Positions 47,962 through 59,284 of a DNA stretch of 64,000 nucleotides are shown here, in pieces. Each line of letters begins with the position of its first letter. Position 1 is the first letter of the stretch. This DNA comes from Escherichia coli (GTDB lineage Bacteria; Pseudomonadota; Gammaproteobacteria; Enterobacterales; Enterobacteriaceae). Under the pieces are notes generated by a model. It was not told where the DNA came from. It searched no databases and saw only the letters and a list, made by a program, of their open reading frames with translations. Location of the stretch: assembly GCF_003019035.1 (NCBI RefSeq), contig NZ_CP027447.1. One strand, written 5' to 3'. The position numbers and the translations under genes were made by a program.

Positions 47962-49659
47962 ATGAGTAAGCCTTCAGACCCGCGTATTGATACCAGCCGT
48001 GTAATCCATGCGCCACACGGTACGCAGCTGCACTGCAAAAACTGGCAGATCGAAGCTGCCTATCGGATGTTGCAGAACAACCTTGATCCCGACGTTGCCG
48101 AAAATCCACAGCATCTGGTGGTGTATGGTGGTATTGGTCGTGCGGCACGTAACTGGGAGTGTTTTGACAAAATCCTTGAATCACTGAAAAATCTGGAAGC
48201 TGATGAGTCACTGCTGGTTCAGTCCGGTAAACCCGTAGGCGTGTTTAAAACGCATACCGATGCGCCGCGCGTATTGATTGCCAACTCTAACCTGGTACCG
48301 CAATGGGCCAACTGGGATCATTTCAATGAACTGGATCGTAAAGGTCTGTTCATGTACGGCCAGATGACCGCTGGCTCGTGGATCTACATCGGTAGTCAGG
48401 GCATTGTGCAGGGAACGTTCGAAACCTTTGTTGAAGCGGGTCGTCAGCACTACAACAATTCGCTGAGTGGAAAATGGATCCTGACCGCAGGGCTAGGTGG
48501 TATGGGCGGTGCACAACCGCTGGCGGCGACTCTGGCGGGGGCGTGCTCATTAAATATCGAGTGCCAGCAAAGTAGCATCGACTTCCGTCTGCGTACCCGT
48601 TATGTCGATAAACAAGCGAAAGATCTTGATGATGCACTGGCGCTGATTAAATACCACACCGAACGCAAAGAAGCCGTTTCTATCGCGCTGCTGGGCAATG
48701 CGGCGGAAATTGTTCCTGAGCTGGTGAAACGTGCACGTCAGGGATCGATCAAGCCGGATCTGGTGACCGACCAGACCTCCGCTCACGATCTGGTCTATGG
48801 TTACCTGCCAATGGGCTGGAGCGTAGAACAATGGCGTGCTGCACAGCAGGATCCACAACAGCACGCCAGACTGCAAAAAGAAGCGGCGCAGAGTTGCGTG
48901 GCGCATGTTCAGGGGATGCTGGACTTCCAGGCGATGGGGATCCCGGTTGTCGATTATGGCAACAACATCCGCCAGGTGGCCTTCAACGAAGGTCTGCAAA
49001 ATGCCTTTGATTTCCCGGGCTTTGTTCCGGCTTATATTCGTCCAATGTTTTGTGAAGGCAAAGGTCCATTCCGTTGGGTGGCGCTGTCTGGCGACCCGGA
49101 AGATATCTATAAAACTGATGCCAAAATTAAAGAGTTGTTCCCCAATAACGTACTGACGCATCGCTGGCTGGATATGGCGCGCGAGCGCATTGCCTTCCAG
49201 GGACTTCCTTCACGTATTTGCTGGCTGGGGCTTGGTGAGCGTCACCTGGCGGGGCTGGCATTCAACGAAATGGTGCGCAACGGTGAACTAAAAGCACCGA
49301 TTGTGATTGGGCGCGATCATCTTGATACCGGTTCTGTCGCCAGCCCGAACCGCGAAACCGAAAGCATGCTTGATGGCAGTGATGCGGTTTCTGACTGGCC
49401 GTTGCTCAACGGTTTGCTCAACACTGCAGGGGGAGCAACGTGGGTATCCCTGCATCATGGCGGCGGCGTCGGGATGGGGTATTCACAACACGCCGGGATG
49501 GTTATTGTTGCCGATGGTAGCGAAGAAGCCGAAAAACGTCTGGCGCGTGTGCTGGTGAATGACTGTGCGTCCGGGGTTATGCGTCATGCGGATGCGGGTT
49601 ATGAGGCGGCAATTGAATGTGCCAAAAACTATGGTCTGAAATTACCGATGATTCGCTAA
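47962..49659 (+). CDS. hutU: Urocanate hydratase (565 aa)
   Basis: ORF 47863..49659 with start [10 protein letters not shown] preceded by GGAG; canonical urocanase sequence throughout ([53 protein letters not shown]). Confidence 0.9.
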   Translation: MSKPSDPRIDTSRVIHAPHGTQLHCKNWQIEAAYRMLQNNLDPDVAENPQHLVVYGGIGRAARNWECFDKILESLKNLEADESLLVQSGKPVGVFKTHTDAPRVLIANSNLVPQWANWDHFNELDRKGLFMYGQMTAGSWIYIGSQGIVQGTFETFVEAGRQHYNNSLSGKWILTAGLGGMGGAQPLAATLAGACSLNIECQQSSIDFRLRTRYVDKQAKDLDDALALIKYHTERKEAVSIALLGNAAEIVPELVKRARQGSIKPDLVTDQTSAHDLVYGYLPMGWSVEQWRAAQQDPQQHARLQKEAAQSCVAHVQGMLDFQAMGIPVVDYGNNIRQVAFNEGLQNAFDFPGFVPAYIRPMFCEGKGPFRWVALSGDPEDIYKTDAKIKELFPNNVLTHRWLDMARERIAFQGLPSRICWLGLGERHLAGLAFNEMVRNGELKAPIVIGRDHLDTGSVASPNRETESMLDGSDAVSDWPLLNGLLNTAGGATWVSLHHGGGVGMGYSQHAGMVIVADGSEEAEKRLARVLVNDCASGVMRHADAGYEAAIECAKNYGLKLPMIR

Positions 49660-49822
49660 ATATTAACGCCGTCATTTAATATTTGCGCTAATACAGGCGG
49701 AGAATAATTCGCCTGTATAACAATAATTATCAAAAAATATTTTTACATCGTCGAGAGAAATATCTCCCGACCCTCTATTGCTGTTTCAAAAAATGACCTC
49801 TCATTATGCAGGAGACTTTTTC

Positions 49823-51232
49823 ATGGAATCAAGCAGCCCTATCCGCAGTAAAAAGCCAGTATTAGAATCAAATACGATTAACGCCGTTCCTGAGTCTGCT
49901 CGCCACGGCTCGCCATCCAGTCAGTTTACTTTATGGCTAAGTGCTAACTTACAAATTACCGCTGTGGTGGACGGCGCGTTAGCGATTATTTTTGGCTCCG
50001 AAGCCATGTCAGCAATAATTGGTTTATTAATCGGTAATATTATTGGTGGTGCAGTAATGGCATTGCACTCGTCGCAGGGGGCAAAGCTGGGATTACCCCA
50101 GATGATCTCCAGTCGTATCCGCTTTGGCGTTAAAGGAGCGGCGCTACCGTTACTGATGGTGATTATTATGTACCTTGGATTTGCCGCGACGGGTACAGTA
50201 TTATCCGGTCAGGCGATTAACCGGATATTTGGTTTCGAATCGGCATCGACCGGAATTATTATTTTCGGCATGCTGACCGCGATGATCGCATTGGTCGGTT
50301 ATAAACTTATTCACGTCGTTGGCCGTGTTGCAGGGATATTAAGTATTCTGGGGTTTATTTACCTGGCTACTCAACTTAGCGGTCACTACGATGTGGCTGC
50401 GGCATTTGGTCAAAAGCCATTTAGTCTGTCGGTCTTTTTATTAACGATTGCTCTCTCTGCCGGATGGCAATTAACGTTTGCCCCTTACGCCTCTGATTAT
50501 TCCCGCTATTTACCCTCTGATACGCCAGCAAAATCAATCTTCTTTGCCACCTTTCTGGGAACCACGCTTGGCGCGCAATGTGCCATGACGTTTGGCGTGC
50601 TTGTTGCGGCCTGTGGTGCTAACTTCCTGAAGGATCAGGTTGGTTTTATGGGTGAGTTAGCCGGACCCACCTTCGCCATTCTGATTTATACGGTGATTGT
50701 TTGCGGCAAACTGACGGTGAACTGTTTGAATGCCTACGGTGGCTTTATGTCGATTCTGGCGACCGTCAGCGCCTTTAATAATCGCAGTCAGGTTTCACAG
50801 CGTGTTCGTGCTGCCTACGTTGTAGGGTTCGTGCTGTTGTCGATGGTCGTCGCGCTGGCGGCAAGCGCAGATTTTTTGAATAATTTCAAAAACTTCGTTC
50901 TGCTGCTGTTGACGGTATTTGTGCCGTGGAGCGCCATTAATCTCATCGACTACTACTTCATCTCACAAGGTAAAACCGATATTCCGGCACTTTATACCCC
51001 GGAAGGGCGTTATGGCGCGTATAACAAAACCGCTTTGACGTGCTATGGCGTAGGCGTGTTGGTGCAGATCCCCTTCCTGAATCAAAAACTGTATCAGGGA
51101 CCCATTTCTGTCCTGATGGATGGGGCGGATATCTCCTGGATTGTCGGCTTGTTAATTACCGCCGTTATCTATTACCCGTGGGCCAAACGCACCACCTGCG
51201 TTCCTGCTTATACGATTTATCCCGAGTCTTAA
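49823..51232 (+). CDS. NCS1-family (cytosine/purine/allantoin-type) permease, candidate urocanate/substrate importer (469 aa)
   Basis: Polytopic membrane protein; start MESSSPIRSKK preceded by GGAG at 8 nt; inside the hut-like operon. Confidence 0.7.
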   Translation: MESSSPIRSKKPVLESNTINAVPESARHGSPSSQFTLWLSANLQITAVVDGALAIIFGSEAMSAIIGLLIGNIIGGAVMALHSSQGAKLGLPQMISSRIRFGVKGAALPLLMVIIMYLGFAATGTVLSGQAINRIFGFESASTGIIIFGMLTAMIALVGYKLIHVVGRVAGILSILGFIYLATQLSGHYDVAAAFGQKPFSLSVFLLTIALSAGWQLTFAPYASDYSRYLPSDTPAKSIFFATFLGTTLGAQCAMTFGVLVAACGANFLKDQVGFMGELAGPTFAILIYTVIVCGKLTVNCLNAYGGFMSILATVSAFNNRSQVSQRVRAAYVVGFVLLSMVVALAASADFLNNFKNFVLLLLTVFVPWSAINLIDYYFISQGKTDIPALYTPEGRYGAYNKTALTCYGVGVLVQIPFLNQKLYQGPISVLMDGADISWIVGLLITAVIYYPWAKRTTCVPAYTIYPES

Positions 51233-51233
51233 T

Positions 51234-51824
51234 ATGGAACCGATGCTGATTTCTGCAATGGATAAGCCGCTGCAACCGTGGCGCAACGGCGGGGGGGTTA
51301 CCCGACAGCTGCTTGCCTGGCCCGATGATGAAAACTGGTTGTTGCGCATCAGTATGGCGAATGTCAGTCAGGATGGCCCTTTTTCAGCGTGGCCTGGCGT
51401 GGTTCGTGGCCTCGCGATCCTCGACGGGGAAGGGGTGAAGCTAACGTTTGCCGATTCGATCATCAACCTGCAACGTCACGATCCCGCCTTAATTTTCCCT
51501 GGAGAAGCTATGCCTGATTGCCAGCTGCTGGGCGGCGGGGTTCGCGATCTGAATGTTATGGCGCGGGAAGGCGATACGGGGATGTTGCGGGTGCAAAGTG
51601 CCGTTGACTGGCTTCCTCCGTCACTTGCGCAAGCGGGCCTGTTCACGCTGTGTGAAGGGGAGTGGATAAGCGGCAAGAAAAGGGTGTTTGTCGCGGCAAA
51701 TATGTTGTTATGGCTGGTTGCACCTGATGGCAGGCCCTGGCGTTTCGTACCACGGAAGAAAGTCTCCGTCGGTGAGCTGGCGGGCTGGTGGCTTTATTAT
51801 CTACGAGGGGAAAAATCCTTATGA
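51234..51824 (+). CDS. hutD: HutD-family protein (196 aa)
   Basis: Motif [12 protein letters not shown] typical of HutD/Ves family; 4-nt overlap with hutI start. Confidence 0.7.
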   Translation: MEPMLISAMDKPLQPWRNGGGVTRQLLAWPDDENWLLRISMANVSQDGPFSAWPGVVRGLAILDGEGVKLTFADSIINLQRHDPALIFPGEAMPDCQLLGGGVRDLNVMAREGDTGMLRVQSAVDWLPPSLAQAGLFTLCEGEWISGKKRVFVAANMLLWLVAPDGRPWRFVPRKKVSVGELAGWWLYYLRGEKSL

Positions 51825-53032
51825 GTGCATTAACGCTCTGGCGAAATACCACGCTGGCGACGCTTTCCGCTAACGATTGGGGAGTGATTGAAAAGGGGGC
51901 ATTAATCAGCCGTGGCGACACTATTGTCTGGCTTGGCAAGGCCACGCAGATCCCTCGCGAACTGACGGCTGACATTACAGAGGAACACGACCTGCAGGGT
52001 AAGTTGCTGACACCCGGTCTGGTGGATTGCCATACGCATCTGGTGTATGGCGGCCAGCGGGCGAATGAGTTTGAGATGCGGCTGCAAGGCGTGGCTTATG
52101 AAGATATCGCCAGAGCGGGCGGCGGGATCTTATCTACCGTCAATGCTACGCGGGCGGCCAGCGAAACACAACTGTTTGAACTGGCGGCGCAGCGACTACA
52201 AAACTGGTTGCGTGAAGGCGTCAGTACGCTTGAAATCAAATCGGGTTATGGCTTAACGCTGGAAGATGAAGCGCGTTGTTTACGCGTGATCCGCCGCTTG
52301 CAGCAATCTACCGGGTTACATATTCAGTCTACGTTTCTCGGGGCGCACAGCCTGCCGCCAGAGTTTGCCGGGCGCAGTGATGATTACATTACGGCGCTTT
52401 GCGACTGGATGTGCGTGTTGCATGAACAGGGGCTGATTGATGCAGTTGATGCTTTTTGTGAAAACATCGCCTTTACTCCAGAGCAGGTACGGCGCGTTTT
52501 CAGTAAAGCGCAAAGCTATGGATTACCTGTAAAACTGCATGCCGAACAGCTTTCTGACCAGCAAGGCGCGGCGCTGGCAGCGGCGTTTTCTGCACTCTCC
52601 TGCGATCATCTGGAGTACCTGAGCGAGTCGGGGATCGCCGCCATGAAAGCGGCTGGAACAGTGGCGGTTTTGCTTCCCGGTGCTTATTACTTCCTGCGCG
52701 AAACCCATCTGCCGCCGATTGTCGCTCTGCGGGCCGCAGGTGTGCCGATTGCTATCTCCACGGACCATAATCCCGGAACGTCTCCCAATATGTCATTGCC
52801 ATTGATGATCAATATGGCCTGTACGCTGTTTCGCATGACGCCGCTGGAAGCCGTTCAGGGCGTTACGCGTAATGCGGCAAAGGCACTTGGACTTATTGAC
52901 CGGGGTGAACTTGCACCGGGATTACGGGCGGATATGGCGGTCTGGGATCTTAATCATCCACGTGAACTGGCTTACTGGTTTGGGCATCAGCCTTGCCAGG
53001 GGCTTATTGTCGGCGGAAAAAGGAGTTGGTAA
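51821..53032 (+). CDS. hutI: Imidazolonepropionase (403 aa)
   Basis: ORF 51788..53032 with start MSALTLWRN; amidohydrolase metal-binding motifs ([29 protein letters not shown]). Confidence 0.85.
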   Translation: MSALTLWRNTTLATLSANDWGVIEKGALISRGDTIVWLGKATQIPRELTADITEEHDLQGKLLTPGLVDCHTHLVYGGQRANEFEMRLQGVAYEDIARAGGGILSTVNATRAASETQLFELAAQRLQNWLREGVSTLEIKSGYGLTLEDEARCLRVIRRLQQSTGLHIQSTFLGAHSLPPEFAGRSDDYITALCDWMCVLHEQGLIDAVDAFCENIAFTPEQVRRVFSKAQSYGLPVKLHAEQLSDQQGAALAAAFSALSCDHLEYLSESGIAAMKAAGTVAVLLPGAYYFLRETHLPPIVALRAAGVPIAISTDHNPGTSPNMSLPLMINMACTLFRMTPLEAVQGVTRNAAKALGLIDRGELAPGLRADMAVWDLNHPRELAYWFGHQPCQGLIVGGKRSW

Positions 53033-53982
53033 TGAAGCAAACATTTTTGCCGTGGAGTGGGCGTGTTGACTCGCAGGAAACCGGCATCAGCACTCGCTGG
53101 CATCAGCATGTGCAACCGTTTAGTGAACAAAGCCACGGCGATTGTACGCTGATTGGTTTTGCCGTTGATGACGGAGTGCAACGTAATGGTGGGCGAGCGG
53201 GTGCAGCAGGCGGACCGGGCGCGTTGCGCAGCATGTTGGGAAATATGCCAGTGCTCTGTGAAGGCGCTATTTTCGATATGGGCGATGTACAAAGCGAGGA
53301 CCACGCGCTGGAATCCGCACAAAACCGTCTGGCGGCTAACGTATCTACAGCCATTGCGCGCGGCAGTTTACCGGTGGTTCTGGGGGGCGGTCATGAAGTG
53401 GCGTGGGGAACATTTCAGGGGATTATGCAGTCGCGTCCGGATATTCAGCGGTTACTGATTGTGAACCTTGACGCGCATTTTGATTTACGGATGGCGGAAC
53501 AAGCCAATTCAGGTACGCCGTTTCGTCAGATGCAAGAGTGGAACGCGCAGCATGGCAAACCGTTTCATTATCGCGTGCTGGGAATAAGTCGTTTTGCCAA
53601 TACTCAGGCGTTATTTGATCGCGCTGACTGTCTCGGTGTGCGTTATTGGCTGGACGAATCTCTGCAATTTGAACGTGGTTTGCATGAGATCGCTAATGCG
53701 CTCTCGGCAGATATTCAGGCTTGTGACGCCATTTATTTAACGATTTGTCTCGATGTTTTACCAGGTTATCAGGCGCCCGGTGTTTCTGCTCCATCACCGT
53801 TAGGCGTGCCGTTAAATATTACTGAAGCCATTGTGAATTTAATCGCCGGTAGCGAGAAGTTGATTGCTGCGGATATTGCCGAACTTAACCCGGACCTGGA
53901 CCGCGATAATTTAACTGCGAAAGTTGCCGCTCGCCTGGTGACCAGTATTGTCCGGCGGGGGAAAACAGATAGAACAAATTAA
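53032..53982 (+). CDS. hutG: Formimidoylglutamase (316 aa)
   Basis: ORF 52993..53982 with start MKQTF after AAGGAG; arginase-family motifs GGGHEVAWG, NLDAHFDLR, SGTPFRQ, IYLTICLDVLP, VSAPSPLGVPL. Confidence 0.85.
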   Translation: MKQTFLPWSGRVDSQETGISTRWHQHVQPFSEQSHGDCTLIGFAVDDGVQRNGGRAGAAGGPGALRSMLGNMPVLCEGAIFDMGDVQSEDHALESAQNRLAANVSTAIARGSLPVVLGGGHEVAWGTFQGIMQSRPDIQRLLIVNLDAHFDLRMAEQANSGTPFRQMQEWNAQHGKPFHYRVLGISRFANTQALFDRADCLGVRYWLDESLQFERGLHEIANALSADIQACDAIYLTICLDVLPGYQAPGVSAPSPLGVPLNITEAIVNLIAGSEKLIAADIAELNPDLDRDNLTAKVAARLVTSIVRRGKTDRTN

Positions 53983-54032
53983 AACGTTGTCGCAGTAACC
54001 CGTTGTTAAACTCATCATGATAAGGAAACACA

Positions 54033-55703
54033 ATGAAAGGATTGATACGAAGAGTCACTGTCACCGTTGTGCTCTGGAGCGTTTGCTCCATCGCGATGGC
54101 AAAATCAACCATTACGCTGGATGGCGAACATCTCTCTATTGACCAGGCCTGGTCAATTGCATTAGGTGATAACGGCGTCAAAATCGCGTCGAACGCCATG
54201 GAGCGCATGGAAAAAAGTTATGATCTGGTGATGACTGCCGCGCATTCAGGTACGCCTGTTTATGGCTTAACCGTGGGCGTGGGGCTAAATAAAGATCAGC
54301 CCATATTTGATGCCAAAGGAAATTTAACGCCTGAGGTGATTGACGCATCGAAAAAATTTAATGCTGCCGCGCTGCGCGCCCATTCTGCGGGCGTCGGTCC
54401 GATGTTGCCGGATTATCTTGCCCGTCTCTCAATGGTGTTACGTTTAAATACTATGTTGCATGGGCAAACCGGCGCGCAGCCTTATATTGCCGAGTTGTAT
54501 GCCGAGTTTATTAATCGAGGCGTTACGCCGTTAATTCCGGCGCGGGGAAGTATCGGCGCAGCGGATATTATGCTCGCTTCACACGTTGGTCTGGTGATGA
54601 TGGGCGAGTGGAAAGCGCGGGTTAATGGCGTGGAAATGAGTGGTGGCGATGCGCTTGTGAAAGTGGGGCTTAAACCACTGGTCCCGCAGGGTAAAGATAT
54701 GCTGGCGATTTTATCGAACAACAGCGTCGGGACAGCCTACGCTATCGAAGCTGTTCGTTCGGCACGTCAGTTGCTGAATGTCAGCCCGGTGGTTTTCGCT
54801 ATGAGTCTGGAAGCGTTGAATGGTAACGTCGCACCAGTACTGCCGCAGTCAATTGCCGTGCGTCCTTTCCCGCAGTTGGCTGACTCTGCAAAAGAGATTC
54901 GCGATGCGTTAAACGGTTCATATTTATGGCATAAAGATGACGAACGTGCATTGCAAGATCCGTTATCGTTCAGAACTACGGTATATACCATTGCTGAATC
55001 AGTACGCGCTTTGCATGATGCTGAAGAGATCATAACCGTACAAATCAACAGTTCCGATGATAACCCAGCAACGGTGCTAAATGCTGACAAGGCGTATCAG
55101 GACTCCAGTCAGGTCGCGCAATATTTTGTTAAAGATGGCGCAGTCAGCGGCGGGATCTTCCCGACGGCGAACTTCGAATCGTTACCGGTTGCGCTTGCCA
55201 CTCAGCGTCTGACCGTGGCGTTGGTACATGTTTCGCATAACAGTATGCGTCGCTCGCTGCACCTGGAAGATGAGCACTTTACCGGTTTAACGCGCTTCCT
55301 GTCGGCACCCGGTAATAAAGGTCACGGCTTCGGTTCATTACATATCCCGTTTGTTGCGCTGCATGCGGAAAATGTCGATCTCGCTAACCCGGTTTCTTTC
55401 GATATTCAACCGGTAGCCGGAGGCATTGAAGATACGGGTGCCAATAACGACCACGCGGCGAGAAAATTGAAACAGGTTGTCGATAATCTGAACGTGATTT
55501 ATGGCATTGAACTGATGCATTCCGCACAGGCTCTCGATTTACGGTTGCAGGCCGATCCACAACTGGCATTAGGGAAATCCACCAAAGCAATGTTTACCGA
55601 ATACAGAAAAGTCGTGCCGTTTGTCGACCAGGATCGGGTCTTTACCCCAGATATTGCAGCTTCGCAAAAATTCTTAGAAGGATATGCTATAAATCAAAAA
55701 TAA
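54033..55703 (+). CDS. HAL/PAL-superfamily protein lacking the MIO-forming Ala-Ser-Gly triad, with predicted N-terminal signal peptide (556 aa); candidate MIO-independent lyase, not a canonical histidase
   Basis: Aligns along its length with histidine ammonia-lyase (PARGSIGAADIMLASH vs HAL GSVGASGDLAPLAH; SNNS vs NGTQ); N-terminus MKGLIRRVTVTVVLWSVCSIAMA-KS is Sec-signal-like with AxA site; AAGGAA RBS 5 nt upstream. Confidence 0.75.
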   Translation: MKGLIRRVTVTVVLWSVCSIAMAKSTITLDGEHLSIDQAWSIALGDNGVKIASNAMERMEKSYDLVMTAAHSGTPVYGLTVGVGLNKDQPIFDAKGNLTPEVIDASKKFNAAALRAHSAGVGPMLPDYLARLSMVLRLNTMLHGQTGAQPYIAELYAEFINRGVTPLIPARGSIGAADIMLASHVGLVMMGEWKARVNGVEMSGGDALVKVGLKPLVPQGKDMLAILSNNSVGTAYAIEAVRSARQLLNVSPVVFAMSLEALNGNVAPVLPQSIAVRPFPQLADSAKEIRDALNGSYLWHKDDERALQDPLSFRTTVYTIAESVRALHDAEEIITVQINSSDDNPATVLNADKAYQDSSQVAQYFVKDGAVSGGIFPTANFESLPVALATQRLTVALVHVSHNSMRRSLHLEDEHFTGLTRFLSAPGNKGHGFGSLHIPFVALHAENVDLANPVSFDIQPVAGGIEDTGANNDHAARKLKQVVDNLNVIYGIELMHSAQALDLRLQADPQLALGKSTKAMFTEYRKVVPFVDQDRVFTPDIAASQKFLEGYAINQK

Positions 55704-55785
55704 AATTTTTGTTGATTGTTTGTCATAATATCCATAGATATGATAATTGCTATCAATTTAATAATCTTCACTTAACTTGAATCAT

Positions 55786-55826
55786 AATAATCCGAAGGGC
55801 GTTTTGCTTTTCGGATTATTATTGTC
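55786..55826 (+). terminator. Terminator after the hut-like operon
   Basis: Inverted repeat ataatccgaagggcgttttgcttttcggattatt followed by T-rich tract. Confidence 0.6.
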
Positions 55827-55973
55827 TGATTGAGACAATTGTCACGCCAGGCTTACCAGGTTATAAATATCGAACATGATTTTTATAAAATATTGATTGC
55901 TGCTTTGGTTGCCATTACTTAGCAATAAGTAATGGTTTTTTGATAGTTTCAACTATTTTTAAGGGAAGGCATT

Positions 55974-56879
55974 ATGCGAGGAAAAATACCTAAAACGGAA
56001 CTGCTGGTGACTTTTGAGGTCGTCGCACGTCATGAAAGTTATACCAGAGCGGCAGAGGAGTTAGCGTTAACCCAAAGTGCAGTATTCAGACAAGTAAGTG
56101 CGCTGGAGGAATTTTTACGTACTCCGTTATTTTCACACTCTAAAAAACGCATTTTTCTTAATGATGCAGGGAAGTATTACCTGGGGATAGTAAAAGAAAC
56201 ATTAAATAAGCTGGAACGCGATACCAATACCATTATGACCTGGCAGCCTACGGTTCAGGTTATTGAACTTGCCGTTAATCCTACTTTTAGTACCCACTGG
56301 TTAATCCCAAATTTACATGAATTCACAAAGTTACATCCCGATATTATTGTTAATATTCATTCTTTAGCTAATAACGGCGATTTTCTTAATCGGGAGTACG
56401 ATGCTGTCATTATGCGCGAAAATTTTTGCGCGCCCTGGGCGGAAGTAGAATATCTCTTTGATGAGGAGATTTTGCCGGTATGCAGCGGCAGTTTGCTTGC
56501 AATGTCCGATCAAAAACTGTCAGTGGCAGAACTGCTTACTGAGTTACCACTTCTGCATCAAAGCACCCGTATTACTGGCTGGGAAGAGTGGTTTGCTTTA
56601 TCTGGCGTTAGCAGTCCGCTGGTCAATAACGGACCACGTTTCGATTTGCTTTCAATGCTGATTGCCGCCGTGCGCTCTAATCTCGGCGTGGCGCTGTTAC
56701 CACGGTTCGCTATTCAACATGATTTGGATAGTGGCGATATGGTGATTCCCTGTGATGTGCCTATTCGTACCGGTAATCGTTTTATTATGACGTGGCAGGA
56801 AGAGAAGTCTGACTCGCCGCACTTGCAGCAATTTCGTGAATGGTTGCTGGCGAAATCGGTCGTACCGCAGGAGATGTAA
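55974..56879 (+). CDS. LysR-family transcriptional regulator (301 aa)
   Basis: N-terminal HTH (ESYTRAAEELALTQSAVFRQVSALEE) and LysR substrate-binding domain. Confidence 0.85.
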   Translation: MRGKIPKTELLVTFEVVARHESYTRAAEELALTQSAVFRQVSALEEFLRTPLFSHSKKRIFLNDAGKYYLGIVKETLNKLERDTNTIMTWQPTVQVIELAVNPTFSTHWLIPNLHEFTKLHPDIIVNIHSLANNGDFLNREYDAVIMRENFCAPWAEVEYLFDEEILPVCSGSLLAMSDQKLSVAELLTELPLLHQSTRITGWEEWFALSGVSSPLVNNGPRFDLLSMLIAAVRSNLGVALLPRFAIQHDLDSGDMVIPCDVPIRTGNRFIMTWQEEKSDSPHLQQFREWLLAKSVVPQEM

Positions 56880-56912
56880 AACCTGCGCCTGGCGGGATGC
56901 CAGGCGCAGTTA
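56880..56912. terminator. Bidirectional terminator between convergent LysR gene and cobalamin adenosyltransferase gene
   Basis: Inverted repeat ctgcgcctggcgggatgccaggcgcag. Confidence 0.6.
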
Positions 56913-57515
56913 TTACCAGTCGATACCCGGCTGCGCCTGAATGCCGTTATCAAAAGCATGTTTGACGGGGCGGATTTCGCTGACCGTATCCGCCATTTTT
57001 AATATCTGACTGTGGCAACCGCGTCCGGTGACAATGACACTTTGTTGTGCCGGGCGGTTTTGCAGAGAAGCGATCACTTCTTCGGTATCCAGATAATGGT
57101 AAGCCAGCATATAGGTCAGCTCATCAAGCACCACTAAGTCGTAACGCTTGTCAGCCAGCATCCGTTTGCTTTCCGACCAGACCTCTTTCGCCGCGTCGAT
57201 ATCCGCTTGCCGGTTCTGTGTCTCCCAGGTAAAACCGGTTCCCATAATATGAAACTCAACCCCCAGCGGCTGGAGAAGGTTGTATTCGCCGTTGTCCCAT
57301 TGCCCCTTGATGTACTGCGCAACCCCCACCGTTTTGCCATGACCCACCGCGCGCGTCACAGTACCAAACGCGGCAGTGGATTTCCCTTTGCCATTGCCGG
57401 TGAAAACAATCAAAATCCCTTTTTTCTCTATCGCCGCCGCGACGCGCGTATCGACCTGTTCCTTCAATTTCTGCTGGCGCTGCACATGCCGTTCAGTTGA
57501 AATTCGCGCTTCCAT
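56913..57515 (-). CDS. Cob(I)alamin adenosyltransferase, BtuR/CobA/CobO family (200 aa)
   Basis: P-loop IVFTGNGKGKSTAAFG and BtuR-like body (VLDELTYM, ITGRGC, ADTVSEIRPVKHAFD). Confidence 0.85.
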   Translation of the reverse strand: MEARISTERHVQRQQKLKEQVDTRVAAAIEKKGILIVFTGNGKGKSTAAFGTVTRAVGHGKTVGVAQYIKGQWDNGEYNLLQPLGVEFHIMGTGFTWETQNRQADIDAAKEVWSESKRMLADKRYDLVVLDELTYMLAYHYLDTEEVIASLQNRPAQQSVIVTGRGCHSQILKMADTVSEIRPVKHAFDNGIQAQPGIDW

Positions 57516-57524
57516 TCATTTTCC

Positions 57525-59177
57525 TTAATGTCCCGCAGGGCAACTGGCGCAGCGGTGTTGCTGCTCAAACTGACTAAAGAAATTATTGCCTTTATCATCT
57601 ACCAGGATGAATGCGGGCAGATTTTCCACTTCCATCATCCACACCGCTTCCATACCCAGCTCCGGGTATTCCAGGCAACGCAGACTTTTGACATATTCTT
57701 GCGCCAGTAACGCAGCTGCACCGCCAATACTTCCCAGATTGAAGCCGCCATGTTTGTGACAGGCATCGGTGACCTGCTGGCTGCGGTTACCTTTCGATAA
57801 CATCACCAGACTGCCGCCAGCCGCCTGGAAGGTATCGACATAACCGTCCATTCGACCGCCCGTGGTTGGACCCAGTGAACCGCAGGCCATGTTCTCCGGT
57901 GTTTTCGCCGGGCCAGCGTAATAGACAATATGATGCTTCAGGTAATCCGGCATCGGTTCGCCGCTATCCAGCCGCGCTTTTATTTTGGCGTGGGCGATAT
58001 CGCGCGCCACTACGATGGGACCACTTAACGACACGCGGGTGCCTACCGGTAATCTGGCGAGATCCTGCATCACGTCACGCAACGGACGGTTTAGATCCAG
58101 CTGTACATGTTGCGCGTGATTTTCTTCCCGCAGTGAGGCTGGAATATATTGCCCCGGATTGTGTTCGAGTTTTTCCAGCCAGATACCGTGCTTGTTAATT
58201 TTTGCTTTGATATTGCGATCCGCAGAACAGGAGAGCGCCATAGCTATCGGGCAAGAGCCACCGTGACGCGGCAGACGAATGACGCGAATATCATGAGCGA
58301 AATATTTACCCCCAAATTGCGCACCAATACCAAATTGCTGACTGGCCTCGAGCAATACTTTTTCCAGCTCAATATCACGGAATGCTTGTCCTTGCTCGTT
58401 TCCGCTGGTGGGCAAATTGTCGTAATATTTCGTTGAGGCCAGCTTGGCAACTTTTAAGGTTTGATCGGCTGAAAGCCCTCCGACGACAAAGGCGATGTGG
58501 TAAGGCGGGCAGGCAGCGGTGCCCAGCGATTTCATTTTTTCGATTAAAAATGCGGTCAGTTTTTCTGGTTGCAATAGGGATTTGGTTTCCTGATAAAGCG
58601 CGGCTTTATTGGCAGAGCCGCCCCCTTTATTAATACAGAGAAAATGGTACTCATCACCAGCGACGGCGCTGATATCAATCTGCGCCGGGAGATTGGTTTG
58701 CGTATTGACTTCGGTAAACATATCCAGTGGCGCATTTTGTGAAAAGCGCAGATTATTTTCCTGAAAAGTGGTGTAAATGCCTTTGCTTAAGGCTTCAGCG
58801 TCGTTACCTCCGGTCCATATCTGTTGCCCTTTACTGGCAACAATAGTTGCGGTGCCGGTATCCTGACAGTTGGGTAATACCCCTTTTGCTGAGACTTCAG
58901 CATTACGTAATAACTGCAACGCAACGTATTTATCATTACTACTGGCGTGCGGATCGTTAAGAATGCTGGCGACCTGTTGCAAATGAGCGGAACGTAAGAA
59001 AAAAGAGGCTTCATAAAATGCCTGCCGGGCAAGCAGCGTTAATGCTTCAGGAGCGATTTTTATCACTTCTTCGCCGTCTAATTCCGTTACTGTAATATGT
59101 TGATCGCTAATTAATGTATATTCTGTACCGTCTTTATTTTGTAGAAACGGTTCTTGCCAGATAAATGGTTTGGACAT
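57525..59177 (-). CDS. fumD: Class I fumarate hydratase paralog, candidate mesaconase (mesaconate hydratase) (550 aa)
   Basis: High similarity to FumA/FumB along full length ([51 protein letters not shown]); location in methylaspartate cluster. Confidence 0.85.
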   Translation of the reverse strand: MSKPFIWQEPFLQNKDGTEYTLISDQHITVTELDGEEVIKIAPEALTLLARQAFYEASFFLRSAHLQQVASILNDPHASSNDKYVALQLLRNAEVSAKGVLPNCQDTGTATIVASKGQQIWTGGNDAEALSKGIYTTFQENNLRFSQNAPLDMFTEVNTQTNLPAQIDISAVAGDEYHFLCINKGGGSANKAALYQETKSLLQPEKLTAFLIEKMKSLGTAACPPYHIAFVVGGLSADQTLKVAKLASTKYYDNLPTSGNEQGQAFRDIELEKVLLEASQQFGIGAQFGGKYFAHDIRVIRLPRHGGSCPIAMALSCSADRNIKAKINKHGIWLEKLEHNPGQYIPASLREENHAQHVQLDLNRPLRDVMQDLARLPVGTRVSLSGPIVVARDIAHAKIKARLDSGEPMPDYLKHHIVYYAGPAKTPENMACGSLGPTTGGRMDGYVDTFQAAGGSLVMLSKGNRSQQVTDACHKHGGFNLGSIGGAAALLAQEYVKSLRCLEYPELGMEAVWMMEVENLPAFILVDDKGNNFFSQFEQQHRCASCPAGH

Positions 59178-59284
59178 ATTTCACTTTTCACCTTAAACGT
59201 TAGTTTTACTTAATTGCCGTCTAACTTCATGATCCGGCTTATAAAAATGCGTAGTCATTGGCTTCTGATTGCTTAAGATCCCCC

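Noticed and set aside
54033-55703. Calling this gene canonical hutH (histidine ammonia-lyase)
   Set aside because: The MIO-forming Ala-Ser-Gly triad and several active-site positions are not conserved, and there is a signal-peptide-like N-terminus; HAL-family protein of unknown activity is the supportable call.
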